NCBI GenBank assembly: GCA_028716945.1
Contig: JAQUOT010000002.1
Location: 194,202 to 258,201, forward strand
Reading direction: 5' to 3'
DNA length: 64,000 nt
Source of the DNA: Candidatus Nanoarchaeia archaeon
GTDB taxonomy: Archaea; Nanobdellota; Nanobdellia; SCGC-AAA011-G17; JAFCDX01
Made by a program: the position numbers and the translations under genes. Shown here piece by piece: positions 59,751 through 64,000 of this stretch (position 1 is the first letter of the stretch; each line of letters opens with the position of its first letter). The notes under the pieces are model-generated. The model did no database searches. It saw only the letters and a list, made by a program, of their open reading frames with translations, and was not told the origin of the DNA.

Positions 59751-59872
59751 AATTATAACGAATTATTTGTTATTTTTATACTTTTCTAATAACCTATTAA
59801 GACACAGAAAGGTTTAAAAATAGAAAAGTCTATAAATTAACCATTAGACAGTTACAAAAACGCGGGGTTAAA

Positions 59873-61315
59873 ATGGATTATAAAAGTGCTAAAAATAGAA
59901 GAGAAAAGGTACAATCTAGAACAATTATATTAAAACAGGATGGATTTGAGAAACCATTAGAAAATTATAATTTAGATTCTGAAAAAGATTCTCAGCTAAA
60001 AGTATTTTTAAAAAGAGAGAGTGGAGCTGAAATAGAAAACATAGAAGCCCCACAACACATAAAGATTATGCAACAACAAGAGTTAATCGATTATGAACCC
60101 TCTTCAGATATTGGTCATTTTAGATTTTATCCTAAAGGCACTTTAATGAAGAATCTTATTGAAGACTTAGCTGAAGATATTGCAATAAATAAGCTTGGAG
60201 CTATAAAAATTGAAACTCCTCTTTTATATAGGGCAGAAACTCCAGATATTGCAGAACAAGCTGCATCTTTTCATGAAAGAGATTACAGGGTAAAATTAGA
60301 AGATAGAGAATTACTTTTAAGATTTGCAGGTGATTTTGGTTTGTTTAGTATGATGAAAGATGCTAAATTAACTTATAAAAATCTTCCATTAAGAGTTTAT
60401 GAAATCTCTAATTCATTTAGATTCGAACAAAGCGGAGAATTATCTGGATTAAAAAGATTAAGGGCGTTCACCATGCCAGATATACATTGTTTTTGTAAAA
60501 ATTTTGAAAGTGGATTAGAAGAATACGCAAAATTGCACAAGTTTTATGATCATCTTCTTCATGAAACAGAATTACCTTTTGCATTGGCTTTCAGAACTGT
60601 TGAAGATTTTTGGAGTCAAAATAAAAAATTTATTTTAGATAGATTAAAAGAAAGTAAAAAAGATGGATTGGTTGAAATTCTAAAAGATATGAAACATTAT
60701 TGGAATTTAAAAAATGAATTTCAATATATTGATAATAACGAAGATAATGTACAACTATCAACAGTACAATTAGATATAAGTGATTCTAAAAGGTATGGAC
60801 TTGGATATGTTGATTCTGATAATCAAAAAAAACCAATGGTAATTGTACATAGTTCAATGGGTTCTGTAGAAAGAATTTTGAGTGCAATATTTGAAGAAAG
60901 AGCAAGAGAGATGAAAAGAGGGCAAAAACCTACATTTCCATATTGGCTTTCTCCAACACAATTAAGGTTAATTCCGGTTAATCCTACCTTTATAAGATAT
61001 TGTGAAAATATTCTTTCAGAATTTAAAGGGATCAGAGTGGATATAGATGATAGAGATGAAAGTGTTGGAAAAAAAGTTAGATCTGCTGAAAAAGAATGGA
61101 TTCCTGCTTATGCAGTTATTGGAGAAATAGAATCAGCATCCAATTTATATAATTTAAAATTAAGAGGAAAAGAATTTTCTAATTGTTTAGGAGAAAAATT
61201 AACTACAACAGAAATTAATAAATTACTTTTAAATGCTCAAGGAGAAAAGCCTTATAGAGATTCTTATCTAAATAAAAAAGTAAGTAAAAAAATAAGATTT
61301 GGTTCTTTATATTGA
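59873..61315 (+). CDS. threonyl-tRNA synthetase paralogue lacking the editing domain (catalytic + anticodon-binding only)
   Basis: About 55% identical to ThrRS at 56559-58430 over the catalytic core. Motifs FRFEQ, RAFTMPDIH, GSVERI. No N-terminal editing domain. Confidence 0.85.
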   Translation: MDYKSAKNRREKVQSRTIILKQDGFEKPLENYNLDSEKDSQLKVFLKRESGAEIENIEAPQHIKIMQQQELIDYEPSSDIGHFRFYPKGTLMKNLIEDLAEDIAINKLGAIKIETPLLYRAETPDIAEQAASFHERDYRVKLEDRELLLRFAGDFGLFSMMKDAKLTYKNLPLRVYEISNSFRFEQSGELSGLKRLRAFTMPDIHCFCKNFESGLEEYAKLHKFYDHLLHETELPFALAFRTVEDFWSQNKKFILDRLKESKKDGLVEILKDMKHYWNLKNEFQYIDNNEDNVQLSTVQLDISDSKRYGLGYVDSDNQKKPMVIVHSSMGSVERILSAIFEERAREMKRGQKPTFPYWLSPTQLRLIPVNPTFIRYCENILSEFKGIRVDIDDRDESVGKKVRSAEKEWIPAYAVIGEIESASNLYNLKLRGKEFSNCLGEKLTTTEINKLLLNAQGEKPYRDSYLNKKVSKKIRFGSLY

Positions 61316-61317
61316 AT

Positions 61318-62466
61318 TTAGTTTCTTTTCCAGAAATAAATACCTAAAATCATTGCAATAAAAACAATTGCTCCGATGAATTCATAAACTAATTTCTTTG
61401 CAAATCCCATAAATTTGTTATCAGTTTGAGGTATTACATCAGTAACTTCTTTTACATCTTGTGCCATTACTGGTTCTTGTACTTCTGTAGTAGGATATAC
61501 TATTGGTTTAGCTTCAACTATTCTAGTTAAAGTATGTCTATGACTTGATCCGCCTGATCCACCAGATGAACTTGAACTTGATATAACTACAGGCGCAATA
61601 TTTGATTCATTTTCACCTTGATCATCTTCGTCTTCACCTTGGTCATCTTCTGTTTCATTTACAAAACCACAAATAGATACATTTATTGTACTCTCTTCTG
61701 TTCTAAGTAAACTAAGAATATTCATCACTGCAGATCTATCTGGAATTTCTATAATTCCATTTCCATCGAAATCAAATTTAATTTGATCAAGAGGCAATCC
61801 ATTAGTTAATGCATCTTCTATAAAATTTAAAGAAGTATTTGCTTCTTCTTTACTAATAAAACTATCATTATTTGCATCTAATTCTTCACATGCAGTTGAA
61901 TTATAATTGAATTCTGTTTCATTTGATTCATTTTCATCAATAGATTCAGTTTCATTTGATTCTGTATCATTTATTGGTGTTGGGTTAGTTAAAATGTATT
62001 TTAATGCTTCGATATCATATTCATCAAAATCATTGTCATCATCCATATTCATATTTGAACAATCTGCTACAGGTGAGCAAGTTATATTTTGATTACTTAC
62101 TAAAAAAGTTAAACAAGATAAATCAGGAATTTCTATTAGATTATTACCATCGCAATCTCCTTTTAAAGGTTGTAATTTATCTAAATTAACTTCTGAATTT
62201 TCTTCAGTAATATTTTGATTTTCAGTTAAAACATTTTCTAAAAATATGATATCTAGTTCATTGATATTCCCGTCATTATTTGCATCCATATTTGAACAAT
62301 TATAAGTTGTATTACATAGATTTTGATCTGCAACTATTTGATTCATGCACGATAAATCAGGTATTTCTATTAAATTATTACCATCGCAATCGCCTTGTAA
62401 AGCAAATGCTAGTGGAACTAAAAAAATCATTACAAAAAACATTAATATTTTCTTTATAGTATTCAT
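61318..62466 (-). CDS. secreted protein with dockerin-like / EF-hand-like Ca-binding repeats, acidic linker, poly-Ser/Gly segment and C-terminal TM
   Basis: DANNDGNINELD matches the dockerin loop DxNxDGxINxxD. GDCDGNNLIEIPDLSC is repeated twice. Confidence 0.5.
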   Translation of the reverse strand: MNTIKKILMFFVMIFLVPLAFALQGDCDGNNLIEIPDLSCMNQIVADQNLCNTTYNCSNMDANNDGNINELDIIFLENVLTENQNITEENSEVNLDKLQPLKGDCDGNNLIEIPDLSCLTFLVSNQNITCSPVADCSNMNMDDDNDFDEYDIEALKYILTNPTPINDTESNETESIDENESNETEFNYNSTACEELDANNDSFISKEEANTSLNFIEDALTNGLPLDQIKFDFDGNGIIEIPDRSAVMNILSLLRTEESTINVSICGFVNETEDDQGEDEDDQGENESNIAPVVISSSSSSGGSGGSSHRHTLTRIVEAKPIVYPTTEVQEPVMAQDVKEVTDVIPQTDNKFMGFAKKLVYEFIGAIVFIAMILGIYFWKRN

Positions 62467-62608
62467 TTTAACCTGTATATTACAGTATCTACTTGTTTAT
62501 AAACCTTCCTATTATTAACTACTAAGAAGTAACAATATATATATATATATTCAAGAAATACTAGTCTAAACTAGGTTTAAATGGCTTATTAACAGGTTTT
62601 ATTAAGAA

Positions 62609-63379
62609 TTATTGTACTTCTGGCACTACATCATCTAAATTCTTATTTTCTCCAAAAACAAATATAGCCCATAAAGGTTTATTTATATCTAAATTTCCAG
62701 TTATAGCATTAACTTTTAATTCCAATGGAACTTTTATATCCCAAATAAATAATATTTTTCCATAAGATTCTGTTGTATATATAAACCAAACTTTCTTTTT
62801 ATCTATTTTAACTTCTTTATATTCAATATTTACTCCAGGATTATCATAAGTTTCTAACTGATATCTAAAAGTATTCTTTGCTTGAAAAGGCATTACTTTA
62901 AAAGGAATTTCTTCTTCGTTTACATATAATATCCCTTTGTTTACTTTTACTCTAGATAAACTAAAATTAATTTTATTATCGTCTAAAAATAAAGAATTTT
63001 CATTTTTTACTTGTATTATTCTTATATTTCTTGATAAATTATAAACTAATTTTGGAGAAACAATAGGACTCTCATGTAATATATTCACTTCTTGATTTCC
63101 AATAAAAATTTGTTTAGGGGTTATAATAATTGGTTCTTCTGGGATAGATAAATGCACAATAGGATGACCATTTATTTTAGTTATAGCTTTTCCATCTATA
63201 TTAAATATATTTTCATTATAATTTCTAGATATTATGGCTTTACTATCTAAAACTATATCTTTAAGTTCTACGCTAGTAGTATAATTTGCTACAGGATCAT
63301 AACCTATTACTTCTTCAAATGCAAATACTAAATTAACTAATAATGCTGCAAATATTAAGTATAAAATCGCTTTTTTCAT
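62609..63379 (-). CDS. secreted hypothetical protein
   Basis: Signal peptide MKKAILYLIFAALLVNLVFA. Confidence 0.45.
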   Translation of the reverse strand: MKKAILYLIFAALLVNLVFAFEEVIGYDPVANYTTSVELKDIVLDSKAIISRNYNENIFNIDGKAITKINGHPIVHLSIPEEPIIITPKQIFIGNQEVNILHESPIVSPKLVYNLSRNIRIIQVKNENSLFLDDNKINFSLSRVKVNKGILYVNEEEIPFKVMPFQAKNTFRYQLETYDNPGVNIEYKEVKIDKKKVWFIYTTESYGKILFIWDIKVPLELKVNAITGNLDINKPLWAIFVFGENKNLDDVVPEVQ

Positions 63380-63429
63380 TTTGTTTTTATAATGTAAAAG
63401 TATTTAAAAGTTACCTCTTTAAAAACCTT

Positions 63430-63636
63430 ATGAAAATAAAAATAAAGGTTAAAACTGGACAGAAAGAGAATAAAATAATTAAAGAAAACGATTCTTATAT
63501 TGTTTATATTAAAGAGAGGCCAGAACACGGAAAAGCCAATCTAGCTATAATAAAATTGTTTAAAAAAAAGTTAAAAAAAGATATTAGAATAGTTTCTGGA
63601 TTTACTTCCAAAGAAAAAATAATTGAATTAGATTAA
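63430..63636 (+). CDS. DUF167 (YggU/UPF0235) family protein. Start placed at the internal MKIKIKVK.
   Basis: YIVYIKERPEHGKANLAIIKLF matches the DUF167 core. Confidence 0.55.
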   Translation: MKIKIKVKTGQKENKIIKENDSYIVYIKERPEHGKANLAIIKLFKKKLKKDIRIVSGFTSKEKIIELD

Positions 63637-64000
63637 GTTCTTAAACCAATTCCAAATATTTGAAAAGAAGTTTCCTATTAAACTAAACAAACCATCACCA
63701 TTTACATTAACAACGGCTCCCCCAGTTATACTATTTAAACCACTATTATCTTGATTAGTTTGATTTTCTGGTATTTCTTCTTTCTTTTCTTCTATACATT
63801 CTTGAGTTTTATTAATTGGTTTACTTTTAAAATTTTTACATCCATTTTCATCATACCAATCTAAACATTTTTGTTTTCCATTTATACATTCTTCCCAGCC
63901 ATTACAAATCCATTTTGAACTACAAGAGCTTCTACCCCCACCGCCTCCACCTCCGCTAGAACTTGAAGGTGTTGGTGCAACATAAGGGTTAACTTTTATA
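63628..64000 (-). CDS. C-terminal part of a surface protein (5' end beyond the window) with a GGGGGGG linker and a CxxxWICNGWEECINGK Cys module
   Basis: Open minus-strand frame from the window edge to the TAA at 63628-63630. No Met in the visible part, hence absent from the track. Confidence 0.45.
   Translation of the reverse strand, partial: IKVNPYVAPTPSSSSGGGGGGGRSSCSSKWICNGWEECINGKQKCLDWYDENGCKNFKSKPINKTQECIEEKKEEIPENQTNQDNSGLNSITGGAVVNVNGDGLFSLIGNFFSNIWNWFKNLI

Noticed and set aside
62535-62550. (AT)8 dinucleotide run
   Set aside because: Simple microsatellite in an intergenic spacer. Likely just promoter AT-richness.
1-64000. CRISPR arrays, tRNA or rRNA genes
   Set aside because: No direct repeats with regular spacers and no tRNA-like conserved stems were seen in the short intergenic gaps. 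Most gaps are under 150 nt and AT-rich.

Overview
AT-rich chromosomal segment that is almost certainly archaeal, with a small-genome, surface-protein-heavy character (possibly DPANN-like, but that assignment is inference). Archaeal identity rests on a canonical exosome superoperon on the minus strand at 31.3-35.6 kb (Pop5, PsmA, SBDS, Rrp4, Rrp41, Rrp42, RpoK). Further support comes from RNase P Rpp30, archaeal-type ThrRS with the N-terminal archaeal editing domain, aRNase J, NcsA, a Fap7-like kinase and class-III-signal pilin-like proteins. Genes are tightly packed with many 1-4 nt start/stop overlaps. Several genes have a TATA-like element centred ~25-27 nt upstream of the ATG, consistent with leaderless archaeal transcripts. 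No rRNA, tRNA or CRISPR array was found. Notable content: (i) a complete bacterial sigma-70 family gene directly downstream of the exosome superoperon; (ii) a bacterial-type lipoprotein pathway (Lgt homologue plus several lipobox proteins); (iii) two ThrRS paralogues, one lacking the editing domain, flanking a Na+/solute symporter; (iv) a surface locus encoding a 1078-aa Cys-rich MopE-motif protein, a pilin-like protein carrying the same motif, and a 700-aa anchored protein; (v) a membrane-anchored JAMM/MPN+ domain next to a Memo-like protein and a thrombospondin-type-3-repeat protein; (vi) a HEPN/MNT pair, a PIN-like protein and a nucleotidyltransferase-DUF192 operon; (vii) a dockerin-like repeat protein; (viii) an anaerobic NrdDG pair, an FtrB-like/thioredoxin/DJ-1 cluster and an orphan molybdopterin oxidoreductase. 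Many large secreted or anchored proteins share a poly-Gly linker plus Cys module near the C-terminus.
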